Counted from the first letter of the stretch, positions 9,559 to 20,522 are shown. The stretch is DNA of 64,000 nucleotides from Patescibacteria group bacterium (GCA_028692545.1 JAQUXC010000001.1:92658-156657); one strand, 5' to 3'. The notes: generated by a model from the sequence alone, not told the origin. Translations and numbers: made by a program.

Positions 9559-10047
9559 TTAAAATTTTAACATTCTTGATAATAAATCAGATGTTGGCTC
9601 TTCTTCTCTTTCCAAATTTTCTTCTAAAAATGTTAATAGAATATCCCTTGTTTTTACAGGATTTTGATTTTTAAGTGGAATACTTAATCTGGTTTTGAAT
9701 CCATTTTTTAATTCTAAATAGAGGTTTGATATTTCTGGTGGTTGATAAATTATAAAAAAATCTTTTATATTATTGTAGTGATAGAATTTTTCACCTATAT
9801 CTATTCCAGCTTCTTTTATGCTTATTTCCATTTCTTGTGGATTTTTTCTGTTTTGCATTAATAATATTATTACTACCATTACCACAATAACCGCGAACAG
9901 AAAATTTATTGTAATTATAGAGTATATTACAAAAGTCGTAGCTATTACAAATAATAATATATACCACAATAAATTTCTATCATGTGGTTCAAACTCTGGA
10001 AAGTGCCACTGTGCTAATGTTTTACCTTTTTCTATTTTTTGTTCCAT
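9559..10047 (-). CDS. hypothetical membrane protein (2 TM)
   Basis: The ORF has hydrophobic segments and no recognisable motif. Confidence 0.35.
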   Translation of the reverse strand: MEQKIEKGKTLAQWHFPEFEPHDRNLLWYILLFVIATTFVIYSIITINFLFAVIVVMVVIILLMQNRKNPQEMEISIKEAGIDIGEKFYHYNNIKDFFIIYQPPEISNLYLELKNGFKTRLSIPLKNQNPVKTRDILLTFLEENLEREEEPTSDLLSRMLKF

Positions 10048-10133
10048 TTTTTTATCTTATATTATAAATTATACATTTTTATCATCTGATTGACAATGAT
10101 ATATTTCTTAGATATAATTTTAACACGTTTAAT

Positions 10134-11675
<1,542 letters not shown>

Positions 11676-11721
11676 AAACTTGTTTTAAGATCGATGAGAA
11701 AAATTCCGCTTTTGGCAGTTC

Positions 11722-11802
11722 TTAAAAGGTAGGAAAATTCAGTTTAAAGCCCAAATTGGCTATTCCGCAATTCTGAATTCGCCCCCAAAATCCGATTGGC
11801 GG
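11722..11802. repeat. 81-bp inverted repeat copy B
   Basis: It is the perfect reverse complement of 10239-10319. It is contiguous with the next repeat, overlapping it by 5 nt (GGCGG). Confidence 0.9.
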
Positions 11803-11899
11803 TGTGTTTTGGAAAATATCCGAACAGAAATGGCGGCGGCTGAGAATCTCCGCGGGGCAGCCGCCGCCAAATCCTCAAAAAACTAATCTGTCGCTTCCC
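11798..11899. repeat. 102-bp inverted repeat copy R1
   Basis: It is the perfect reverse complement of 19609-19710. Its centre region forms the imperfect palindrome CCAAAA...TGGCGG...TTTTGG together with repeat B. Confidence 0.9.
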
Positions 11900-12054
11900 A
11901 AAACTGCCAAAGAACCAGAATGGAAGATATCGGCTCGGACTTCATTTCGGTCAAAAGCGGAATTTTTCTCATCTTTAGATTTATCATACTACGTATTGTA
12001 TTATAATACAATATTGCTTAATAAAGCAAGGAAGAGTAAAATTAAAACAAGTTT

Positions 12055-12261
12055 ATGAACAAAATTTCTAAAAAATTAGGTCAAAACCTTAAAAAAATCC
12101 GTACTCAAAAAGGAATTTCTCAAGGAGACATTTCTCGTAAGTTAGATATGGACAGAGGTTATATTAGTCGTTTAGAAAATGGGATGAAGAATCCTACCCT
12201 TTCTACTATTCAAAAAATAGCTGATTTTTTAGATGTTAGTGTAAACGATTTAATGAAATAA
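12055..12261 (+). CDS. XRE-family helix-turn-helix transcriptional regulator
   Basis: The HTH_3-like segment ISQGDISRKLDMDRGYISRLENG is present. The protein is 68 aa. Confidence 0.7.
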   Translation: MNKISKKLGQNLKKIRTQKGISQGDISRKLDMDRGYISRLENGMKNPTLSTIQKIADFLDVSVNDLMK

Positions 12262-12270
12262 TATAAAAAT

Positions 12271-12717
12271 ATGAGCAATTGGTTAAAAAATATATATGAG
12301 ACTTCTGTTGCTAAAAACATTATTGAAGCTAAAAATACTCGAGATTATCTAAGGAACAATACTAATTTAGAAGAAGTTGCTGGAAAAAAATCTATTGAAT
12401 CCCTTGGTGATCCCAATAAAGTTTCTAAAAAATTAAAAAGAACTTGGTTTTGGCACGATTATGGTATTGCTTTTTATATTCCATTATTCTTTTCTGTATT
12501 ATCCTTTGGTTTTCTAATTTTTTATATAAAAACCTATTTAGCTTTTATTGTTAGTATAGTTGTTTTTATTTTAGCAGTGATAATTACTGTCAAAATTATA
12601 TATCAGAAGCAAAAAAAATATATAAAATGGTATAAATCTTTATCAAAAGAAGATATACAAAAAATGCTTGATATGTATCCCAAAAATGTAAAATATGAAG
12701 AGAAAATAATTAAATAA
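12271..12717 (+). CDS. hypothetical membrane protein
   Basis: It has two TM helices and no recognisable motif. Confidence 0.4.
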   Translation: MSNWLKNIYETSVAKNIIEAKNTRDYLRNNTNLEEVAGKKSIESLGDPNKVSKKLKRTWFWHDYGIAFYIPLFFSVLSFGFLIFYIKTYLAFIVSIVVFILAVIITVKIIYQKQKKYIKWYKSLSKEDIQKMLDMYPKNVKYEEKIIK

Positions 12718-12728
12718 CAAAAAAATAT

Positions 12729-13016
12729 ATGAACATTTACAAAATTAGTAAAAGTCAATTAATTACCTCCTGGATATTTGGAATATTATATGCATTAACA
12801 ATCGCGATAATTTCAGATACAGAGTACATTTTAACTGCGACTTTAGCTATTCTAGTCCCTTATTTATTATTCTTTTACACTTTGGGGTGGAAACAAGTTA
12901 ATAAAGATATTAAAAATACAAAAAAAGAAAATATAATTTACTGTAACGAATGTGGTCAAAAATTATTAGAGGATGCTAAATTTTGCAATAAATGTGGAAA
13001 TACAATTAAGAAATAA
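12729..13016 (+). CDS. small membrane protein with C-terminal zinc ribbon
   Basis: It has 2 TM helices followed by CNECGQKLLEDAKFCNKCGN. Confidence 0.45.
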   Translation: MNIYKISKSQLITSWIFGILYALTIAIISDTEYILTATLAILVPYLLFFYTLGWKQVNKDIKNTKKENIIYCNECGQKLLEDAKFCNKCGNTIKK

Positions 13017-13018
13017 TT

Positions 13019-13816
13019 TTGAAAAATATGGTAGAAGAAAAAACCATAAAAGAAATATATAAGGAGGAAAATTATAAAATAGAAAATTTAGAAGAAAAAA
13101 ATGAAGAAAATTTTTTCTCTTTCAAAGGAAGAATAACTAGGTTGACATACTTTATTAGATCTCTGGTACTATGGATACCTATGGTTATAATATACCTTTT
13201 AATAAAGGATGTGGATTTTATCTTTTCTGTATCAAGCTCACTTATCGGTTTTTTAAGTATGTGTATGTTGTTTTTATATATTTTGTTAATGATGCAAACT
13301 ATCAAAAGATTACATGACACAAATAATAGTGGTTCTTATTGGTTAATATCTTTTATTCCTATAGCCTGTCATGTTCTAGGGATATATTTATTAGTCAAAG
13401 ATGGTACAATTGGAGGAAACAAATATGGTCCAGACCCTAAAAACAGAAAAGAAGGTGAAATATATAATAAAGATGATAACTCAGAGATTAACAAAACTGA
13501 GCCTCAAGAAGATATAATAAAAGGAATTAAAAACAGATATATAATCTCTATTATATTTATACTAGTATTTCTGTTTTTCTTTATTATATTTTTAATTAAA
13601 ACTATAAATGATTTTACTTGGGGATTGTTAATAATTGATCTCCTAATGTTTGGTTTTGTAATTTTTCTATTAGAACGTTTCGTTTCAATAAAAGAAGAAT
13701 TAAATAATTGCAAAAAAGTAGATAAAAGCAACAAAACAAAATATTGTTCCAAATGTGGTAAAAAGATTTCTATTACTGATAAATTTTGCATTAAATGTGG
13801 AAATAAAATTAAATAA
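13019..13816 (+). CDS. DUF805-like membrane protein with C-terminal zinc ribbon
   Basis: It has a GRITRLTYF...GSYWLISFIP region resembling DUF805, several TM helices, and a C-terminal CSKCGKKISITDKFCIKCGN. Confidence 0.4.
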   Translation: MKNMVEEKTIKEIYKEENYKIENLEEKNEENFFSFKGRITRLTYFIRSLVLWIPMVIIYLLIKDVDFIFSVSSSLIGFLSMCMLFLYILLMMQTIKRLHDTNNSGSYWLISFIPIACHVLGIYLLVKDGTIGGNKYGPDPKNRKEGEIYNKDDNSEINKTEPQEDIIKGIKNRYIISIIFILVFLFFFIIFLIKTINDFTWGLLIIDLLMFGFVIFLLERFVSIKEELNNCKKVDKSNKTKYCSKCGKKISITDKFCIKCGNKIK

Positions 13817-13839
13817 TAATCTTAAATATATGCATTGTC

Positions 13840-14408
13840 CAAAATGCAATCACAAATTATCTAGTGGAAGTAAGTTCTGCACTCAATGCGGTAATGAAAT
13901 AAAAATTATCGAAGAAACTTTAAAGGATAAAAAAGTAAGAGAAGAAAGAATAATATCCATAATATTTATATCAACACTCTTTATTCCTTTTATTATTTTT
14001 TTAGTCAAAATTATAAATAATTTTAATTGGGGAATCTTTATACTTGAACTTATTAACTTGTTATTTATAATTATTTGCTTGAAACACTTAATTTATACAG
14101 AAGATGAGACTGATGATTATAAAAATGAAAAAAAGTATTGGTATAATAAAAATATTTCTTATTATCCATTAACAACGATTATCATTTTTTATGGCTTTTT
14201 TATTCTTCTATCTGGTTTATTAAATTCAATGACCTTATTATTTCTTATCCCTTTACTCACAGCATACTTTTTATTTTGTTACCTTTTAAAACTTTGGAAT
14301 CAATGGGATAATGAAATAAATAAAAATATTATTAAAAAATTATTTTCTTATTTAATTGCAATATCTTTTCTAATAATCTTAATTTTCATTGCTTTTCTAG
14401 GTAAATAG
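13840..14408 (+). CDS. membrane protein with N-terminal zinc ribbon (likely true start at 13840, MHCPKCNHK)
   Basis: MHCPKCNHKLSSGSKFCTQCGN is followed by TM helices. The upstream in-frame extension from 13755 overlaps the previous gene. Confidence 0.45.
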
Positions 14409-14467
14409 TTTTACTAAATAATCAAAAGTATATAAATAAAATAAAATTAAATAATAACTTTAAATAT

Positions 14468-15712
14468 ATGCATTGTCCAAAATGTGGTCATAAATTACCT
14501 AACAAAAGTCAATTTTGTACTCAATGTGGAAATAAAATTTTATCTGAAAAAAATTTAGAAAAAAAAGAAGAAAAAGAGCAAAACATTGAAGAAAAAACGA
14601 AAAATAATAAATTAAAAGGTATGGGTGGATGGCTATCTTTTTTTATTTTATCTCTGATTATTTCTAATGTCTTAACTATCATTGAAGGAGCTAAAGATAT
14701 CTCTCTTATTTTAAGTTTTCCATATCTAGTAAGTTGGATGCCTTATTTTTTAATTCTTTTGGATGTCTTAATTTTTGGTAGTGTGATAGCATTTGGAGCT
14801 TATGCTATTTATTCATTTATAAAATTAAAACCCAACGCTGTTCATCTCGGAAAAATGTATTTAATTATAGTTTTTTTAAATAATGTAATGCCATTCATTT
14901 TTTCAGGCGAAACCATTTCTTATGATGAAGGTAGTGTCGTCTCTAGAGCTTTAGGTTATTGTATAACATGGTTTTTATATTTATCTTTATCAGAAAGAAT
15001 CAAAAATACTTTTCCAAAGGAAAAAAGAAAAATAAAAAAAATTGATAAAATTTTATTTTTTATAGTCATAATAATAGCCCTGATTTTTAATATATTAACA
15101 TCTTATATATTGTATAATAATGATGATACTTCAATGGAATATGACGAATTTGATTATAATATAGAAGAAATAGATAATTCTAAAGTAGAAATAGAAAAGA
15201 TAAACACAGAAAAAGACCCAAGTATTGGAGCAAAAAATCCTATAATGGAAATAGAAGAATTTGCTTCTTTTGATTGTCCTTATTCTGCCGTTTTTTATCC
15301 AGTATTGAGAAATTTTGTTCTAGACAACCCAAATAAAGTTAAAATTATTTTTAAAGATGCACCATATGATATCGAAGAGGATCTAAATATGAATTCTCAT
15401 TTAGCTGCTAACTGTGCTTATGAGCAAGGAAAATTTTGGGAAATGCATGATAAAATTTTCGACAACCAAGACAATATTACTAAATCAGTAATTAATCAAC
15501 TAGCAAAAGATATTGATCTAGATTTAGAAAAATTTAATATCTGTCTATCATCCGAGAGATATTATGAGGATATTGAAGAAGATTTTGCAGAAGTTATCAG
15601 TCGTGAGGTCGAAGGTACGCCTACAATTTTTATAAACGGAGAAAAATTTTCTGGTGTAATGTCTAGAGATATATTGGATCAAATCTTAGAAGCAATAGAG
15701 AATAATAGTTAA
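14468..15712 (+). CDS. zinc ribbon-membrane-DsbA-like thioredoxin fold fusion protein
   Basis: The N-terminus is MHCPKCGHKLPNKSQFCTQCGN. A polytopic membrane region follows. The C-terminal roughly 170 aa resemble a DsbA family domain with a CPYS (CxxS) active-site variant. Confidence 0.45.
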   Translation: MHCPKCGHKLPNKSQFCTQCGNKILSEKNLEKKEEKEQNIEEKTKNNKLKGMGGWLSFFILSLIISNVLTIIEGAKDISLILSFPYLVSWMPYFLILLDVLIFGSVIAFGAYAIYSFIKLKPNAVHLGKMYLIIVFLNNVMPFIFSGETISYDEGSVVSRALGYCITWFLYLSLSERIKNTFPKEKRKIKKIDKILFFIVIIIALIFNILTSYILYNNDDTSMEYDEFDYNIEEIDNSKVEIEKINTEKDPSIGAKNPIMEIEEFASFDCPYSAVFYPVLRNFVLDNPNKVKIIFKDAPYDIEEDLNMNSHLAANCAYEQGKFWEMHDKIFDNQDNITKSVINQLAKDIDLDLEKFNICLSSERYYEDIEEDFAEVISREVEGTPTIFINGEKFSGVMSRDILDQILEAIENNS

Positions 15713-15718
15713 GATTCA

Positions 15719-17065
15719 ATGCATTTAAAATTTAAAAAAATAAAATCTATAAAATGGATAATAGTTATTTCTATTGTTTCAATCTTCTTGATTATTATTT
15801 TTTTAATATTCAATTTACAAAAAGAAAAATCCCAAAATTTTCAAGAGATTACTCAAAAATCTTTTAAATATTTAAATAATTCCGGTATTCGTCCAAAATG
15901 GCAAATGGATAACAAAAAAATTGAATACAAGGAATTTCTAAATGATGCATATGATTATCATGATGATATTCAGGATTGGTTTTTTAATAAAAAAGATTTA
16001 AAAGATATTAATAGCTGGCACTTTGATCAAAATATTCAAAAAATAATTTGGCTTAATAAAGAAGATACAGCAATATTAGAAGCCGATGCTCAAATAATTG
16101 GCACCCTGGGGTATTCTAGAAGAACTGGAATAGCTACTTGGAATTGGTCGTGGAATTCAAAAGATACAGAACCGGAATTAACGACTAAAATTGTTGAGGT
16201 AAAAGATTTTGGAGAAATCTATGATTATGATATTCGAGAAGCAAATGATGGAATTAACATTTTAACAGAAAATTATTGGGAAGCTAATGAAAACGATGCA
16301 ATAACAATAGCAGCAATTTCTCAATATATTGTTGGTGGAATAGGAGTATATCCAATGCCAGTAGATGATTATTTAACGGTATATGCATTAATTACAGGAC
16401 TGAGAACAACTAATGAAAAAATAGATTATTCTACGGATGATTATAATAAAAGAGATATCTATAAAAGTTATAAAATTGGAAATAATATTATAAATATATC
16501 AATTCCATATGACAGATATACTTATTATATAGAAAAAGAAACACACAGATTCAATAATGACTATTCAAATATTTTAGAATTTATAACATATAATGAACAA
16601 ACAATTGTAGAAATAGCTAAACAATTACAAATTCATTTTGAACCAGAAGAAGCAATTGAATCAATTTTTTATATAGTTTATCAAAATCGTTATTTAGATG
16701 ATTTTAATTATGGAACCCCAGAGTATCCAAAATATCCAATTGAAACACTAGTAGACGGGGCTGGGGATTGTGAAGATACTTCTTTTTTGCTGACAGCGCT
16801 ATTTAAAGCCTATTTAAATGAATATTACAAAGATGAAAACATTCCCGAAAATGAACAAATTAAAGTAGCGATATTAGAATATCCAGATCACATTGCAGTA
16901 GGAATTGGTTATTCCAATGAACTTTATGAAAATGATACAGAAATTTGTTATCAAAATGAAAATCATTGTTATTATTATATAGAAACAACCTCAGAAGATT
17001 TTTTCTTTGGAGAAATACCAGGGGAATATCAAAATATAAATCCAGTTATTTATATTGTAAAATAA
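15719..17065 (+). CDS. transglutaminase-like (papain-fold cysteine protease) domain protein, membrane anchored
   Basis: It has an N-terminal TM helix. The GAGDCEDTSFLLTALFKAY motif resembles the transglutaminase-like catalytic Cys motif, with downstream His and Asp candidates. Confidence 0.35.
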   Translation: MHLKFKKIKSIKWIIVISIVSIFLIIIFLIFNLQKEKSQNFQEITQKSFKYLNNSGIRPKWQMDNKKIEYKEFLNDAYDYHDDIQDWFFNKKDLKDINSWHFDQNIQKIIWLNKEDTAILEADAQIIGTLGYSRRTGIATWNWSWNSKDTEPELTTKIVEVKDFGEIYDYDIREANDGINILTENYWEANENDAITIAAISQYIVGGIGVYPMPVDDYLTVYALITGLRTTNEKIDYSTDDYNKRDIYKSYKIGNNIINISIPYDRYTYYIEKETHRFNNDYSNILEFITYNEQTIVEIAKQLQIHFEPEEAIESIFYIVYQNRYLDDFNYGTPEYPKYPIETLVDGAGDCEDTSFLLTALFKAYLNEYYKDENIPENEQIKVAILEYPDHIAVGIGYSNELYENDTEICYQNENHCYYYIETTSEDFFFGEIPGEYQNINPVIYIVK

Positions 17066-17072
17066 TAGAAGT

Positions 17073-19475
17073 ATGAAATTAGAAATAATTAATAAAATTA
17101 AAAATTATAAATCATTTCGGGACTTTTCTTGGGATTCTTTTTTTAATTCTCAAAAATTTCACAACACAGTCAATATCTTTTATGGTGAAAATGGATCAGG
17201 CAAAAGTTCTATTTGTAATGTTCTAAAAAGTGTTTGTAATAAAAAATCATTTATAAATAATCAAATTCCCGATGAAATTTGTTTAAAATTTAATGATGGA
17301 GATTATAAATTTTCAAATGAATTAAATACTTGGGATAAGTATAAAAATAGTGACGATTTTTTATTTTTTGATCGTGAATTTGTTCATAACAATATACATT
17401 TAGGAAATACAAGAAAAACAGACGCAGAGGGTCAAGAACAAAAATCAGGAAAAATGATTATTGAATTTGACGGTAAAGCGATAGAACTTCGCAAATTAAA
17501 AAACAGTTTAAAGAAACAAATTTCAAAAAGCGAAGAAAATGAACCAGAAACATTGTTTGACCAACTAAAAAGTTTCCGAGAAGAACACAAAGATACTTTG
17601 AATTTTTCACTTTTAGATAATGAAGAGTCCTTGTTTACTACTTATAAAGATAAAACAAAAAAGGAAATCACTAAAATAAAAAAAGAATTCGCAGAAGAAA
17701 GAAAGGAAATTGAAAAAAAACTTGAAACTGACAAGGCAACTCAAAAACAGGTCAATAATATCCAAAATTCAATTTCTGAAATAAATAACGAAGAAAATGA
17801 ACTATCATTATCAGGACAATCTGATTATCAATTAATTTTCAATTTTGACTTAAAAGAACAGGTTCAAATACAAGCCGAACAAGATTTAATTACCAAAATA
17901 AGACAACACAAAGATTTTTTCCAAACTGGTATTGAAATCAGAGAAGAATATAAAAATAAATGTCCTTTTTGTCAGTCAAAGAATGAAGAAGAAAGTGTTG
18001 AAAAAATTATTAAATCCTACAATGATATTTTTGACGACACTTATCAAAAACAGCTCCAAATATTTAAAAATAACAAAAAAATACTGATTGAAGAACTAGA
18101 AAAAATCATTAATGTAATTAAAGATTATGACCTAAATTCTATTTTCGTTTCTTTAAGTGAACTTAATCAAAAATATAGAATCAGAGACATTTATTCAGTT
18201 GATGAACAAAAAAAATATAAAAAATCGACAACGAACAAAATTGCAAATTTAAAGAAAAAAATTGAAAATTTAAAAAAACCAAATAATGAAAATATAGAAG
18301 AAATTTACAATGAAGCAAAGATGGAATTTGAAACTTTAGAAACTTTTTTTGATGATATTTATGAATTTATTGAAGAAAAAAATACACTAATTCGTAAATT
18401 TAAGACTGAAAATACAGACGATAAAATACAGCAAAGAATCACAACAAACAATCAAAAAATAAAAGAAATTGATCTGAAAATTACTTTTTTAAATGAAAAG
18501 AAAATTGAAAAACAAAAGCAGAAAGAAGCTAAAGAAAAAGATCTTGCCATTATTCAAAAAAGATTTGAAATTTTAAAAGCAAAACATGATAAGGTTAAGG
18601 AAGATTATGAAAAATATTGTTCAGAAGAAGTTTTTAATAAAACTTTAAAAAAAATTGAAGAATATTTTGATAAATTCAAATTCAATTTTAAATTAAAACT
18701 GAAGACAGAAAAAACAAGAAATAAAACAGAACTTCCTTTTGCTTTTAAAGTTTTAGATAATGAAAAAAATGAAAGAGATTTTAAAGAAGGATTATCAGAA
18801 GGAGAATTGCAAGTTTTATCATTATGCTTTTTCTTTGCATTTCTCGATATACAAATAGACCCTCAAAATAAAATTTTAATATTTGATGATCCTATAACAA
18901 GTCTTGATAACAACAATTTAAGTCATTTAGTCGAACTAATTACAGAAAAACACACGAAGTTTTCTCAGACCTTTATTTTCACTCATCATAGAACATTTTT
19001 TAAGTTTTTGAGATCTAAATTCAATTTACAAAAAAAACCAAATAAAAAAGCAAGTGAATATTATATTTTTAGAAATAAAAAAGACTTTGGCGGTAGTTTT
19101 ATTTGTCCAAATAAAGTTGATAATATAAAACAAAAATTAAAAAATCTTGATTCACATATTAGTCAAGAATCTCAAAACGGTGGTATATCCGAAGAAAGTC
19201 TTATTATTGAATATGGGCAATATCTAAGATATGAAATAGAAAATTATATCAAAAATGACTTACTTCATATAAATAAGCCAAATTTCGGCAATGTTATTGA
19301 TTGTTTAGTAAAAAATAAAGAAAAACAAGAAGATATTCCTGTTGAAGATTTAAAAAAATTGAAAGAAATTTATTCATTCTGTAATTGGACAGCTTCACAT
19401 GTTAATGTTGGAGATGATCCTGGACTTAGGCAATTAAAAGATAAAATCAACGATTTTATCAATATTATTAAATAA
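17073..19475 (+). CDS. RloC-like (AAA_13 type) ABC ATPase with Rad50-like zinc-hook coiled coil; candidate anticodon nuclease / defence protein
   Basis: The protein is 800 aa. It has the Walker A GENGSGKSS, a long Lys/Glu-rich coiled-coil insert containing CPFCQ, an LSEGELQ signature-like motif, and the Walker B/D-loop ILIFDDPITSLD. The C-terminal roughly 200 aa carry R-x-E...H candidate residues. Confidence 0.5.
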   Translation: MKLEIINKIKNYKSFRDFSWDSFFNSQKFHNTVNIFYGENGSGKSSICNVLKSVCNKKSFINNQIPDEICLKFNDGDYKFSNELNTWDKYKNSDDFLFFDREFVHNNIHLGNTRKTDAEGQEQKSGKMIIEFDGKAIELRKLKNSLKKQISKSEENEPETLFDQLKSFREEHKDTLNFSLLDNEESLFTTYKDKTKKEITKIKKEFAEERKEIEKKLETDKATQKQVNNIQNSISEINNEENELSLSGQSDYQLIFNFDLKEQVQIQAEQDLITKIRQHKDFFQTGIEIREEYKNKCPFCQSKNEEESVEKIIKSYNDIFDDTYQKQLQIFKNNKKILIEELEKIINVIKDYDLNSIFVSLSELNQKYRIRDIYSVDEQKKYKKSTTNKIANLKKKIENLKKPNNENIEEIYNEAKMEFETLETFFDDIYEFIEEKNTLIRKFKTENTDDKIQQRITTNNQKIKEIDLKITFLNEKKIEKQKQKEAKEKDLAIIQKRFEILKAKHDKVKEDYEKYCSEEVFNKTLKKIEEYFDKFKFNFKLKLKTEKTRNKTELPFAFKVLDNEKNERDFKEGLSEGELQVLSLCFFFAFLDIQIDPQNKILIFDDPITSLDNNNLSHLVELITEKHTKFSQTFIFTHHRTFFKFLRSKFNLQKKPNKKASEYYIFRNKKDFGGSFICPNKVDNIKQKLKNLDSHISQESQNGGISEESLIIEYGQYLRYEIENYIKNDLLHINKPNFGNVIDCLVKNKEKQEDIPVEDLKKLKEIYSFCNWTASHVNVGDDPGLRQLKDKINDFINIIK

Positions 19476-19490
19476 AAGAATTTGCCGCCA

Positions 19491-19512
19491 AGCGATTAGC
19501 GAAAGCTAATCG
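19491..19512 (+). other. perfect hairpin gcgattagc-GAAA-gctaatcgc
   Basis: It has a 9-bp stem with a GNRA loop and lies just 3' of the RloC-like gene. Confidence 0.6.
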
Positions 19513-19540
19513 CACATTATGAATTTCAAACCTTATTTAC

Positions 19541-19575
19541 CCCGCACCTTTTCTAAAAAAATGGTGCGGGGTGTA
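19541..19575 (+). terminator. GC-rich hairpin ccccgcacc/ggtgcgggg with A/T runs (bidirectional terminator-like)
   Basis: A 9-bp GC stem is flanked by a T run on one side and an A run on the other. Confidence 0.5.
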
Positions 19576-19608
19576 TTTGAAATCCGTAGTGAAGAAAAAC
19601 TTGAAATC

Positions 19609-19710
19609 GGGGAAGCGACAGATTAGTTTTTTGAGGATTTGGCGGCGGCTGCCCCGCGGAGATTCTCAGCCGCCGCCATTTCTGTTCGGATATTTTCCAA
19701 AACACACCGC
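19609..19710. repeat. 102-bp inverted repeat copy R1-prime (right end of integrated element)
   Basis: It is the perfect reverse complement of 11798-11899. Confidence 0.9.
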
Positions 19711-19739
19711 CACCCCGTGATAGCACGATGACCCCCATT

Positions 19740-19795
19740 TTATAGGGTCTTAGAGCTAGCACGAGGAAGTTCGAATCCCTTTGTGTCCGCCAAGA
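19740..19795 (+). other. degenerate duplicate of tRNA-Ser 3' end (T arm, acceptor, CCA); att scar
   Basis: gaggaagttcgaatccctttgtgtccgcca resembles gagggttcgaatccctccctctccgcca of the intact tRNA-Ser. It is in the same orientation and no full tRNA is present. Confidence 0.5.
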
Positions 19796-19871
19796 CAATT
19801 TATTATCGGAGTCAACCCATTTGTCTATGACGAATGTGCGACCCGACTGCCCAATAAATTGTAGATAAAAA

Positions 19872-19905
19872 CAACGACTTCACAGTCGCTGTTTTTATTT
19901 TGCTC
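19872..19905 (+). terminator. intrinsic terminator-like hairpin plus T-run
   Basis: The hairpin cgact-tcac-agtcg is followed by ctgtttttatttt. Confidence 0.45.
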
Positions 19906-20015
19906 CATGCCGTATCTTCTTTAATAGAGCGGCTTTTTGTGGTACTATTTAATTAGTAGAGGAACAATATAACCAACTGATTAATATAAAAACTATTAAG
20001 TGGATTGGGAGAATA

Positions 20016-20318
20016 TTGGCATTAGGTATTTTAATTTTTGCCTTACCCTTTTATTTTGGCTACGGCAATCCTTTACCGTTTGCTAAAGCAGATTATTCCC
20101 TTTGGGAAAATGTCGCGCTTGCCATGATGCCATTGGTTTTTATCGGTTTGGCTCTGGGCTGGAAATATCCCAAAGTCGGAGGGTGGCTTATAATTATTTC
20201 AATCGCAATCGGATTAATTGTTGGGCTTTTAACTGAAGCAAATATTAGTGTCAATTTAGCCGTTCCTCTTATTCCGGGAATCTTATATTTGATAGATGGA
20301 TATAAAAAATATCAATAG
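20016..20318 (+). CDS. hypothetical small membrane protein (GC-richer than surroundings)
   Basis: It has three predicted TM helices, and its codon usage differs from the flanking sequence. Confidence 0.4.
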   Translation: MALGILIFALPFYFGYGNPLPFAKADYSLWENVALAMMPLVFIGLALGWKYPKVGGWLIIISIAIGLIVGLLTEANISVNLAVPLIPGILYLIDGYKKYQ

Positions 20319-20372
20319 ATAAGTTTCGTTTGATGTTCTAATGAAATAAAAACATCATCGGGTGTTTTAAAA

Positions 20373-20401
20373 TTGCCATTTTTAGCCTGATTTGATATAA
20401 T
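20373..20401 (+). promoter_or_regulatory. sigma70-like promoter TTGCCA-N17-tgaTATAAT
   Basis: It is near consensus with an extended -10 and lies about 135 nt upstream of the rnk-like ATG. Confidence 0.5.
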
Positions 20402-20465
20402 ATATTTAATATGTTTCTGCATAATATATACAAAAACGCCACACTTTCTTTTCCTACCGTCACTT

Positions 20466-20522
20466 AGTCGGTTGTTTTTAGCGCCTGAGCAAAAACAACC
20501 GACTTAAAACGGTTGTTTTTTT
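20466..20522 (+). promoter_or_regulatory. leader attenuator: 14-bp hairpin (20466-20504) mutually exclusive with terminator hairpin plus U-run (20491-20522)
   Basis: agtcggttgttttt pairs with aaaaacaaccgact. That same right arm alternatively pairs with the downstream cggttgttttt, which is followed by a T-run, immediately before the ATG at 20536. Confidence 0.5.

Noticed and set aside
11804-12058. ORF predicted on plus strand across the 102-bp repeat R1 (FWKISEQKWRRLRISAGQPPPNPQKTNLSLP...)
   Set aside because: Its sequence is the translation of the inverted repeat itself. The same peptide appears in the minus-strand ORF 19553-19798 over the other repeat copy. This is repeat-derived, not a gene pair.
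19553-19798. ORF on minus strand spanning repeat R1-prime and the tRNA-Ser remnant
   Set aside because: It is an artefact of the inverted repeat and tRNA-like sequence. It has no RBS or start context, and its peptide is identical to that of ORF 11804-12058.
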